A DNA stretch of 64,000 bases from Strigamia acuminata (Eukaryota): assembly GCA_949358305.1 (NCBI GenBank), contig OX442314.1:5518001-5582000 (forward strand). Reading direction: 5' to 3'. Every line of letters starts with the position of its first letter. The first letter of the stretch is position 1. A model generated the notes under the pieces. The model worked only from the letters and a program-made list of their open reading frames with translations, did no database searches and was not told the origin of the DNA. Made by a program: the position numbers and the translations under genes. Of this stretch, positions 21,701 to 33,118 are shown piece after piece.

Positions 21701-24416
21701 TACTTCGTGCAACACCGTGCGAAGCCAGCTTATCCGCGTAGATCAACCGTCGTTGATTCCGCCATCGTAAAGAGAAGTTCTCGCTCAACGTGAACCATCG
21801 CCTCGACGAGCGCGCGAACACCCGCCGACGCCATCGTACGCTGACCGGACGCCTGCCCGAACGTGAACCACCGCCACCGCGCCGTCGTACGCCGAGCAGA
21901 AGAGCTCATGAGAACCATCGTCCGAGGACCATCGTTCGTGAGTTTCCCGAAGACTGCCGTCTTCAAACAACACCAGTTGTTAAGCGCCATTTTAGCGCTT
22001 TTAGCTTGCAACAGTCGTTGCAAGCCTTTCCATTGTTCATTTCCATTATTTCGCGACTTGTCGCTTTTTATCATATTTATTCTCAAATATTACTAGTCAT
22101 TTTTATTGTATTTTAACCGAATAAAACATTGTGTGATTTGAATTGATAAAACTTGTATTTTATTTCCTAAATTAACCCTAGATAATTTCGGCCGCTGATT
22201 GTAAGTCTCTAGTAGCATTCACCTGCGGTTTCTGCTTAAATTTTATTAGAATTTAAGCAGATAAAACCCGGATCGCAGCAACGTACACGTACCTGTATTG
22301 ATTTGTGTACAATGTCCAAAAGGAAGAGGAATAAGAGTTTTTGAAATGTTTAATATAGCTTTATATCCACGAAGATACTATAAATGTCAAATAATTTAAT
22401 ATAATTTTCTAGTCCCGATTATATTTGAGAATGTACCTTATCAGATATCTCATCATCAAAATTAAGTGTTTCGTGGACGTTGAGTGTGTTCCATATTAAT
22501 TGCAATGACAATTCGTTGTTGAACAATTGCCATGGTGATATGTTATTGCAGGTTTTGTTAGTTTGATTCATTAAGTTCCATCTGGCTTTATCAATGTCAT
22601 TATTTTGTATTTCACCACAGACCGTGACAGACGGATATTTGGTAAAGCGTCGTGGAACTATTCTCACAATTTTTGTTGCCGGTTCTTCAAAGTAGTAGTT
22701 TACACGAATTTGCAAGCAATACAACGTGATTCCCGAGCAAATTATAACCAGAATTGTCTTAAGAGCAAGTGAAATTACATTTCTTTTAATTGGTTTCTGA
22801 CTCGCAATTATATTCTTTGAGCATTTGTTGTAAACACGGCGAATCTTATTAACTGTTTTTTTTTTCCAAATGTTTGATAGATACCAAGCGATTTCAGGCA
22901 AGGCGGTTAAAGATAGACCGAGAAATAAGCCCAGATTTCCTCCTAAATCTGATAGTAAAGCAATAACATCATATGTGTACCGTTCTTCATACACGTTGAT
23001 TTTATCGTTAGTTATTGCTAACGATATGGATACAGTGTTTTTATCATCTGCTATGTCTGCATCAGTGGATGGTGTAAACATTAAATATTCACATGGACGT
23101 CGACATTGACAATCAGCAATTGGGTCGGTAGTTTCAATTAAACGATTTGCAACACCATATAGTTCGTGGGTGGTATTTGAACATTTGCAAAGTGGTAAAA
23201 TTATCTTTGTAAAGGGAAATCTTGCAAAGAAGATTATTGATTAATATTTTGATTGTAGTTACTGTATACAATATATCATGCATTCTTACCTGCAAGTCAG
23301 ATGTTTTTTAAATTTTTTCATTAAGCATCCACGATAGCATTCTTTGTATTCGTTTTTGCTGGAGCATAAACTCGTGGATGAATTGAGAAATATGAACTAA
23401 AATTTAAAAGTTTATCTATATTGTGTGATAATTTTCATTTAAAACTAAAAAATTTACTTTCTTAAAACTCAAATTTAGTTTTAATATTTCACCAAGCTTT
23501 GGTATTGTTACTTCAATGTTCCTGCCGAAATCGTAGAATGACATGTAAAGCTAAATCAATATAGAAAAAAAAAATGTATAACAGATTTTCTTTTGATTCA
23601 TTGGTAATAATTTAGTAAGCTTACTAGGTAGGGAGCGATAAGGCATACGTAATCATATTTATTTTCAATATTTACAGTCAATAAATTGCGAACAAATGAT
23701 TTGCTGGAAGCTTTAGCTGTACCAATAAATGATATAGGTTAGCAAGCAGGTGAGAAGACATATGTTTTTTGTTTATATAGTTACAAAATTGAAATGTTGA
23801 GCAGATTCCATACGAAGTGTCAGTTTCCGTGAGAACAACTGTTTTGTTGGAAAATCCCTGAATTAATTAGGTTTAAATGAGTATTTAAAAAAGAAAAAAA
23901 ATTATTTTTACTTTTTTTTACCTTCATTTTAATGCTGACTATCTCTTTAGTTAAATTGGTGGCTTTCCAAAGTTCATCCATATTATAAGTTGGTTTTTTC
24001 ATCAGACTTTTCACCATATTTGCACATTCATAGTTGGGTGAAAGCGGATCAGCCACAACATTCGGATAAGTTTTATTCCAAATTCTGACCATTTCTTTCG
24101 TGTTGCCACTGCAGATCATCAAGCGTGGTAACACAATCTCTTCCGATTTGGTCGTTACGTCAACAGTTGTAGGATTACTTAAGTAATACATTACTCTGTT
24201 GTATGTTTGGTAAGTGACCATGCATGTGCAAAACAGGAGCAAAAATAGCCAAAATGCATGACGCCTGCTCAAATGTTTTCTACTGTTTACGAAATCATCC
24301 AGACCAATTAAACTGCATTTTGGTTTATTGGCATCATCTTTAACCATGCGTTGAATTACAGGACGTAGTTTTGCTAATCTCCGCACATTTCTTCTCATTA
24401 AGTAATTTGCCTGCAT
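18750..24416 (-). CDS. DEG/ENaC-family channel, paralog 2; apparently intact, two tandem subunit domains (~801 aa)
   Basis: Hand-built GT-AG exon chain, 2406 nt with no stops: 24416-23922, 23857-23785, 23716-23625, 23550-23458, 23396-23290, 23220-22437, 22377-22293, 20904-20822, 20376-20281, 20212-20103, 19137-18750. Domain A: TM1, LPRLMIC, GICSTF, Cys-rich thumb, TM2 LLSDLGGNLGLFLGLS. Domain B: TM1, YPSVTVC, GHCTQIN, thumb, TM2 LLSDIGSIVGLGLGMS. Start codon uncertain. Confidence 0.85.
19230..20008. mobile_element. Palindromic Tc1/mariner-type MITE in intron 10 of paralog 2
   Basis: Ends CAGGGTGTCC...GGACACCCTG, TA TSD, ~330-bp inverted arms. Absent from the equivalent intron of paralog 3 (~29625). 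Confidence 0.9.
21330..22280 (+). mobile_element. Solo LTR of an E2-related Gypsy family in intron 7 of paralog 2
   Basis: TGTGGTGATCTC...CCCGGATCGCAGCA, colinear with the E2 LTR (35169-36132). Imperfect 4-bp TSD GCGT/ACGT; empty site at ~31455. Confidence 0.92.
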
Positions 24417-24744
24417 TATATTTCAGTAAATGGGGCCAGAGCAGACTTCAATGTTTGTGTCATCAGTGGTACTTGCCACTTTAGGCTTGGACAAATTATT
24501 TTTCAAACTAACTGGTCTTTACAACTTGAGAGCTTGTTTGTTTGGTGTTGTATCCTTGAGAAAACAAGGCAACTACGCTCTTTATTTGTCGTTAAATTCA
24601 GAATTGATCTGTGTTTTTATTCCCTAGAAACACCGCATGTAAAACCCATAAAATTATACAAGCAGCAAGAATATTGACACAATATTTCATTGATTTCGAA
24701 AGTAGAAGTTAAGTGTGTGATGGTTGTAAAAACGTACAGTACGC

Positions 24745-25189
24745 TAAAACTATTGAGGCAACCAAGCTAATCCTCAATTAGAACACTTTATTGGGTCATA
24801 CTTGTAAGTAGAAGAGAGGAAACACAAAAGAAAGAAAATAATTTATTTTGGAAATAGATTCCATGTGATAGTTTTAGGTTACAAAGCTGAGTAGACTAAC
24901 ATTTCAAACCTTTTTTTCTCAAAACTTTTCAGTAAGAAATAATTTTTTTAAGAACAGTTGTAGACTAATTTGATGATGCTCTACAACTTTGTAATTGAAA
25001 ATTTTTCTCTAACCTGATTGGTTTAGTAGTTAGCAAGTGAATGACCTTGAAAATAGCCTTCAAGGTCAAATTTGATGACATCATTGGATTGCTCTCACCC
25101 AACTTCCTATACGATCGCTTCATCAAAGTTGGCCTAGATGCAATTGCTCACAAAATATTTAGGGTGGTTCAGACTTTTGGGACACCCTG
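24745..25189. mobile_element. Truncated copy of the same MITE family
   Basis: Matches 19561-20008 (spacer plus right arm), ending GGGACACCCTG-TA. Confidence 0.85.
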
Positions 25190-26295
25190 TATAAATAAAT
25201 ATGTTTATTTATGTAAGAATGCCGAATCACTGTATGACATTGGGTCAGTAACAGCTCACAACTGCTCACTGTTCTGCCCTTTTATTGCTTTCCTGCTTAA
25301 TGATATACAGGTTCCATAATTCAAGTTTCATGTTTTATTCTTGCGTCAATGCATAGATCTTGCTTTCATCAAATAACTATTGTCTTATCCAATTTGAAAT
25401 CTATTTATATTTTTAACCCAATTCTGTTTTAAATGTTATTTTTTTTCTCAAATCTCACATTTATTAAACTAATAGTGCATTAATTAATAAAAGTATTGAC
25501 TCTATCGAATCAATGTATGTTATTAATACTTACCCATTACAAAGTACCAATTGGGCTCTTTTGTTCTAGTCTTCTGCAAGGTCCAGACTCGCTAATCTCT
25601 AAGGAGACCTGCGAATCCAGAAATTCTATGTCCAATTGGCTGTCATTAATCCTACTGTTCTCTGGAACAATATAAAGTCTGGATTTTGGATTTTGTTTGT
25701 TTTCTCTGGTTCTTTCACTAAACCAGACAGCTGATATCTATCGCTATCAATACACCAGCTTATACACATCATTCCTCTCAGCTCTTTCGACTCCGTCTTT
25801 CTCTCACCACACCACTCGGCTCCCTCCTTCCCTAGCTGGGCCAGTCCACCCTGCAAAGGGGGACAACCTTAGGGCCACTGGGCGGTGTGTGGAGTGACAC
25901 AGGTCACCGTAGGTGGCCAAGCGGTCACATAACAATAGACACTGAATTGGTTACATGACATTGTAGGTGGCAAATTAGACTTTGACATGGACTTTTGATG
26001 GTTGAAGATACAAACTTGCTCTGGTGAAAAAATAGAAGACAGTTGTGGCCTTAAAAAAGAGAAAAATGATATCTGGTGTCTAAATTGCTTCTACGCTGAC
26101 ATAAAAAAGAATGTTTTTCTCATTGTCGTAATAGCACTGTCCCAAAGTACAAAAGTCTTCCCTAATTATACAGATGTGTTTTTTATGAATGATAAAGAAA
26201 GGATGCTGTCACGATGACGAACATAATGTGAAAATCAATGCTGGTTTATTAATAACAGTACTTAAAATTACAATTATACATCATGCGGTCTAAAT

Positions 26296-27128
26296 GAAGT
26301 CCATTCATTTCGTCGCCATTCATTTCGTCGCCCCCGTACTTTTTTTTAATAAAGGCTGTGTTGAAAATTTTTTTTTCATTTCGTCGCCCTTATTTCATCA
26401 ACAAATCATTTCGTCGCCCTTTCATTTCGTCGCCCTATCATTTCGTCGCCATATCATTTCGTCGCCATGTCATTGTTGTGGCATTTCGCTAACTTGTGGC
26501 CAAATTCTGGCAAACTTGAGGCCAAATTCTGGCAAACTTGTGGCCAAATTCTGGCAAACTTGTGGACAAAATGTGGCCAAATTCTGGCCAACTTGTGGAC
26601 AAAATGTGGCCAAATTCTGGCCAATTTGTGGCCAAATTCTGGCAAACTTGTGGCAACATTGAGGCCAAATTGTGGCAAAATTGTAGCCAAATTGTGGACA
26701 AGATGTGGCCAAATTCTGGCAAACTTGTGGCCAAATTCTGGCAAACTTGTGGCCAAATTCTGGCAAACTTGTGGCCAAATTCTGGCCAAATTCTGACCAA
26801 ATTGTGGCAACATTGAGGCCAAATTGTGACAAAATTGTAGCCAAATTGTGGCAAAATTGTAGCCAAATTGTGGCAATATTGAGGCCAAATTGTGACAAAA
26901 TTGTAGCCAAATTGTGGCAAATGTTTCGGTTACTTAGGCGTATCATTTCGTCGCCGTGTCATTTCGTCGCCCTTCTGTTCGGTTTGGGTTGTTTTGGTTG
27001 TTCAACCGTATCATTTCGTCGCCCTTCATTTCGTCGCTCTTTTTACGTTTTGGGTGTCATTTCGTCGCCAAAAACGGCGACGAAATGACACGGCGACGAA
27101 ATGAAGGGCGACGAAATGAAGAAACCCC
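26296..27128. mobile_element. Foldback/MULE-like non-autonomous element with internal 11/22-bp minisatellite
   Basis: 8-bp TSD GTCTAAAT at 26288-26295 and 27129-27136; empty site at ~18005. Subterminal TCATTTCGTCGCC repeats, inverted at the right end. Core GCCAAATTCTGGCAAACTTGTG array at 26490-26922. Confidence 0.85.
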
Positions 27129-27930
27129 GTCTAAATATCATACTGCACTGGTTCACTAATTCCTTACTTGTCAATAATTTGGATGCCTGCTTTAGATGGT
27201 TATGAGATGTGATGTAAGTTTAAAAGGTAATTTCACTAATCACAAAAAGATTTTTTGCACCAACATAGATTAAAACATACCATAATGAGTTGTGTGACGT
27301 GAAAAACACGCTAAAGCATAAATACCCAACAGAACACTCAACGTATGGTGCTAACTAACTTGTGATAAAACACCCAAAACAATTGATCCTGCATCCAAAA
27401 ACTTGATGGTCACTTTAGGTGGCTTTAATACGAAGTTTACCATTTAATAAACTGACAAGTGAGTGCTTATCTCTTCACTTCACGTAGAACAAGATTACTG
27501 TTACAAATGATTCTTGACGAAATACCAAATTTGTTCTGTTTGGACCAGAAATCGATTATGCAAATCGATTATTCAAGCAGACTTTGAAGCAATTAAAACT
27601 AGGCGCATTCAATAAGTTTGTTTAAATTTTTGTCTCAAACGAATTTTTAGACGAAAAGTGCGGTTTCTGAATGCAATTGTTTAATTGGTAAATAAACGAA
27701 TATTTCACTGCAAAACTTGATCTGGGATTCCAGATCAAGTTCCAAGTCATATTCCCGCTGCAAGTCGCATACGGGTATCTCTTTCGAGATTTTCGTTTCC
27801 TCGCCTTTTTTTTTGTTTCCAGTCCTAATAATTACTGAAGTGATTAATATTGTTTTTTAAAAGTTCATGCAAAGGTGTTTAAACAACCGTTTATGTGTTT
27901 TTGAATGCGCCTACTGTTTACAATGAAAAT

Positions 27931-29233
27931 GGGCAACATATTATTTCACCCCCATTTTGACTAGTTTTTACCCCCAAAAGAGGGTTTATTTTTCCCCCCA
28001 TCCAAACTCCCCCAAGTAAACTAAAGGGCCCCCCTAACTGTAATATCCCCTACTATTGTATTTTTCCCCCAACCAATTAACCCTCATTTATTTGTAAACG
28101 AACCCCCAAGAATTATTTATACAACCCCCTACGTTTCAAACACGTTCCCCATTGTTACGTCTTGGCTACGGTTAGATTTTGTAGTATATAAGTCGGTCTG
28201 GAAGAATCACATAACCATAAAACACTGTTGCACAGTTGTAGTAACAATGGCACCTACTCGACTTGTAATTAACGATTCCGATACCGATTCCGATAGTGGT
28301 GAGTACGAGCCGCCAACCAAACGGAAGACTTTTGAGTGGACGAAAATTCGAACCTTTTCTACGGGTGAGGAAGCCAAAGAATACATCCGGAATGAGAAAA
28401 TGTGAACTTGTTTTTGGACTACTTTGAAGCCGTATACTTGGAGCAATTCGTTGGCTGGCACACGGGACACTTCAAAGGCGCGCCATGCACCAACAACGGC
28501 TTGTAGTCGACCAACAACAGCATTAAAACACACGAGACATTTCGGGAGAGACTGGCAATGGACATCTTCATTCATAAGTTGAAAGGGATGGTGAAATGTT
28601 GGTCTTTAAAAAGGCACATGGAATCCGACGGTTACAACTGGAAACGAACAAAACCTAGCGTGATTGTCCGTGTACAAGGTAATGTTAAGTCTTACTATGT
28701 CACCCCTGGTGGACAACCAAACTTAACAGACACCAGTGTAAATGCCTACCTGCGGCAAGAGGAGCGGAAAAGTTGGCGCCGATTCGACACATACCTGCAC
28801 TCAAGAAGTAGTGTGTGGCTGGTTAGTATTACGAATGATGCATGGAGCACGGGAACGTGCACATGCCCCGTGTTTGCAAAAATTTATATTTGTAAACACA
28901 TTGTTGGGATAGCTGTTATTGAGAACTTGCTTGTTGTGCCACCGGAGGCCAAAACCATTCCCCTTGGCCAAAAAAGAAAGCGTGGGCACCCAGCTAAAGC
29001 GAAGAGGGCCTTGTGTACGCAGTGAGAAGACAGCGTTATGATATTGGGATTACGTGGGGGGTACTTTAGAAATTATTGGGGGTAAAATTGGTTGGGGGGG
29101 CAAACACATTACTAGGGGGAAGTAAAGTTTGGGGCGGTTATTTAGTTTACACGGGGGGGTTTGGTTGGGGGAAAATTTTATTCCACTTAGGGGCCAAAAT
29201 TTAGTCAAAATGGGGGTGGTTTAAATCGGACCC
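27931..29233 (+). mobile_element. Internally deleted Mutator-like element (MULE)
   Basis: GGG...CCC ends, long imperfect TIRs, TSD ATGAAAAT at 27923-27930 and 29234-29241. ORF 28558-29025 has a SWIM zinc finger (CTCPVFAKIYICKH) and a basic tail. Confidence 0.88.
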
Positions 29234-29900
29234 ATGAAAATGTAAAAAGATAGTAACGACATTCCCAAACCTAATCCTACAATGCTGCCGATGTCGCTTA
29301 ACAATTGAGACATTGGATATTTCTGTTTCTCTTCTAAGTTCTCGGTGAAACTATCAGCGAATCAAATATTTACATACGTGAAGAAATTAACTGCTAAGTT
29401 AGACCCGTACAAAATGGGATGGTAAAATATATGTTCACAAGGTTGTTTACATTTGCACTGTTTTAGATTCGAGGCGTAATTCTTGAAGTATGTTGTATGA
29501 GCTATAGAAATATCTTTTGCGTTGTTACAGTCAGGCAAATTAGAAGTTAACATATACGGTAGTCTGAAAAATAAAAATAACATCTAATTAATGAATAAAT
29601 GAACACGAAATGTGAAAAAAGCAAATATAGTTGTGTGTTTTTGTAAACAAGCATGTTAATACATAGCAATCTGCACGGAGGCGTGAATAAAATGAAAAAG
29701 TGTCAAGCAGTTACCATACCTGCAGTTAATGCTTTGAAATAAATTGTTTTGCATGCAAGCCTTTTTACACATCAAATAAGCAGTTTTGTTTTCTTCACAT
29801 GGATTGCGCTTTGTATTTCTTCGTGCACTCTATTTGATAAAATCAATAAGGTTGGTATAAACTTGATGTACTGTAGTCAACAAAGGATTGTTATCATAAT

Positions 29901-30392
29901 AGAGAGTTTGCGGGATACATTTTTCCCTTACAGTTAAAGACTATACGGTGTAAAAATAGTGTAAGGAAAAAATAATAAATTAAGTTTTTGCGGGCTGCAG
30001 TTTCTCCTTATCAGTACACTATTTTAGCCAACTACTGACAGTTAGTAATTTTGGGCCTAAAAATTCAATTTGGGCGTAAATGTACAAATTTCTGCATAAA
30101 ATTACAATATTATGCCTATAAAGTATGGTTTTGGGCCTAAAATTCAATTTTGGACCTCACTTATTATTCAATCTACATACCTATGACTGTGATGTGTTTG
30201 ATCGGGACAACAAAATAATCGCCATTTGCAATGGGCGGAGCTAACAATATAATGTTCTCAATTCTGATTGGCTGCGCTATATTTTAATTTAGTGTTGAAA
30301 ACGATACACTACAGATTTTTCTCTTACGATATGGCACAAAAATAGTGTATCGTGGAGCAAAATAAGGGAAAAATGCATCCCGCAAACTCTCT
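29901..30392. mobile_element. MITE in intron 9 of paralog 3
   Basis: TIR AGAGAGTTTGCGGGAT(A/G)CATTTTTCCCTTA at both ends, flanked by AT; absent in paralog 2. Superfamily not determined. Confidence 0.85.
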
Positions 30393-32772
30393 ATCGTTTA
30401 ATTAAATACCTTATATATTCGAAGTATTACATCATTCGACCAACCATATATTAAATCCAATGGTTCCAGAAAGTTAACTTCCTCTTCCTGGTTATTTAGG
30501 AATAACTGTATGAATAATATAGTTCAAAATTAAGTGGCTTTGTGTTTCAGTTTTTTTTAGTTAAAATTGATTTATTCAACTGAATGAGAGAATTTGCTTC
30601 GTCGAAATCATAAGTTATTCACAAACCTTTTTAACAGCCCAAAATGCATCACATTGCTGGTTGACAGATATCCAGCTGACTACATTGCTTGTCGTTCAAC
30701 TCAATTCCTGTCAACTGGATTCTAGCCTGATGAATCTGGTACACCTTAGCGATCAAACCTTAACATTTATCACCCTGATGACAAGGCCAAACAATTGGTA
30801 GCCATGTGCTTAAATTATTTTTTGGTCGCTAAGATGGGCGTCGCTAAAACGTACCATCTTAGCTCAAAGTTGCTAAGATTGGCGACTTATAGTCACTTAA
30901 TCCGAGCCTGACAAGATTCAGGTGTTTTACTGTCCATTGATTTTTACCATACCTTCATATGCTGGTAACACACTTCTGCAGGAAATAATTCTTGAAATAC
31001 AAATTCGAGGTGAACCATTTGGTTATTTGTTTTTTCTGAAAAACAGTGGAAAGATCTGCATCAATTTTCAAACGCATCAGCAATTTTAATTACAGTTAAA
31101 TACGAATTTGAAAAGGGCATTCAACTGCTTTATACACAATGGCCTTAAAATGAAGGAATGAACTTTACACAATTTTTGTCTAAAAAACTGATCGTCCAAG
31201 AGCATGATTGGGCTGCAGAGATAATTTGGGGAAATCATTTTCAATTAGTCTGAAAAACCTTTAAAAAATTGCCAATTAATCTCATGCTGAAATGGTGGCA
31301 AAACCAAGCAATATCATCAATGGGCTGGGCAGTTAACTCAATTCACTTTATCAAAACAAATTTGACACCTTGTCCCAAAAATACCAAAAATTCCCAAATC
31401 ACCTAACTTTACGGTATGTGTGTCTGTGAAATTACGTGCTGCATTTACATGCTTGTACGTACCTGTATTGATTTGTGTACAATGTCCATAAGGAAGGGGA
31501 ATAAGAGTTTTTGAGATGTTCAATATTTTTTTAAATCCACGAAAATACTATAAACATAAAATAATTTAATATAATTTTCTAGTCCCGAATATATTTGAGA
31601 ATGTACCTTATCAGATATCTCATCATCAAAATTAAGTGTTTCGTGGACGTTGAATGTGGTCCATATTTTTTGCAATGACAATTCGTTGTTGAACAATTGC
31701 CATGGTGATATATTATTGCAGATTTTGTTAGTTTGTTTCAATAAATTCGATCTGGCTTCATCAATGTCTTTATCTTGATTTTCACCACAGACTGTGACAG
31801 ACGGATATTTGGTAAAGCGTCGTGGAACTATGCTCACTGTTTTTGTTATCGGTTCTTCAATGTAGTAGTTTATACGAATTTGCAAGCCATACAAAGTGAA
31901 TCCCGAGCAAATTATAATCAGAATTGTCTTAAGATGAAGTGAAATTACATTTCTTTTAATTGGTTCCTGACTCGAAATTATATTCTTTGTGCATTTGTCA
32001 TAAACTCGGCGAATCTTATTAACCGGTTTTTTTTCCCGAATGTTTGCTAGATACCAAGCGATTTCAAGCAACGACGTTAAAGACAGACCAAGAAATAGGC
32101 CCAGATTGCCTCCTAAATCTGACAGTAAAGCAATAATATCATATGTGTACCGCTCTTCATACACGTTGATTTTATCGTTAGTTATTGCTAACGATATGGA
32201 TACAGTGTTTTTATCTTCTGCTGGGTCTGCATCAGTGGATGGTGTAAACATTAAATATTCACATGGACGTCGACATTGACAATCAGCAATAGGGTCGGTA
32301 GTTTCAATTAGACGATTTGCAACACCATATAGTTCATGGGTGGTATTTGAACATTTGCAAAGTGGTAGATTTATCTTTGTAAAGGGAAATCTAGCAACGA
32401 AGAAATTTGATTAATATTTTGATTGTAGTTACTGCACATATATATTGCATTCTTACCTGCATGTCAGATGTTTTTTAAATTTTTTCATTAAGCATCCACG
32501 ATAGCATTCTCTGTATTCGTTTTTGCTGGAGCATGAACTCGTGGATGAATTGTGAAATATGAACTAAAATTTAAAGGTTTATCGATATTGTGTGATAATT
32601 TTAATTTAAGACTAAAAAATTTACTTTCTTAAAACTCAAATTTAGTTTTAATATTTTACCAAGCTTTGGTATTGTTACATCAATGTTCCTGCCGAAATCG
32701 GAGAATGACATGAAAAGCTAAGTAAAAATAAAATAAAAATTAATAACAAAATTTTTATTTCGTGATTCATTA

Positions 32773-33118
32773 TACTCTGGTTCGACTCAAGAGTATGCCC
32801 TTCTAAGAGCCGCATCACTGGTGTAGTGATCCATAAATGTAGACCCAAACACCAGAAATGGATTCCAACGTGCAGCCATTTTTAATCGATAGACTGTAGG
32901 TTACTTGATTACAAGTTGTAGACTGGTGCAAGTTGGTCAGAGAAAAGAAAAAGGTAATTACATTGATCGAAATTCACATCCGATTCGTCTAAAACATAAT
33001 CTAAAATCCCACGATTGCTTAATTCCAGGGCACTACTTTTTCTAGTGGTAGTAATACAGACTGGGGTTAGGAGTGATGCGGCTCTTAGAAGGGCATACTC
33101 TTGAGTCGAACCAGAGTA
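32773..33118. mobile_element. MITE with TA TSD in intron 3 of paralog 3
   Basis: ~47-bp perfect TIR TACTCTGGTTCGACTCAAGAGTATGCCCTTCTAAGAGCCGCATCACT; empty site ATTCAT-TA-GTAATAA in paralog 1 (~1111). Confidence 0.9.

Noticed and set aside
26300..27120. CRISPR-like array of TCATTTCGTCGCC repeats
   Set aside because: Repeats are 13 bp with mostly 3-6-nt gaps, partly inverted and bounded by a TSD. No cas genes, and the context is eukaryotic.
26294..27159. Several repetitive ORFs (e.g. LWPNSGK, ARIWPQ)
   Set aside because: By-products of a stop-poor 11-bp minisatellite.
31338..31460. Coding extension YKHVNAARNF... in the ORF track, which would put the solo LTR in an exon
   Set aside because: ACAG|GTACGT is a phase-1 donor matching the domain-A intron and joins in frame to the next exon, so the extension is intronic.
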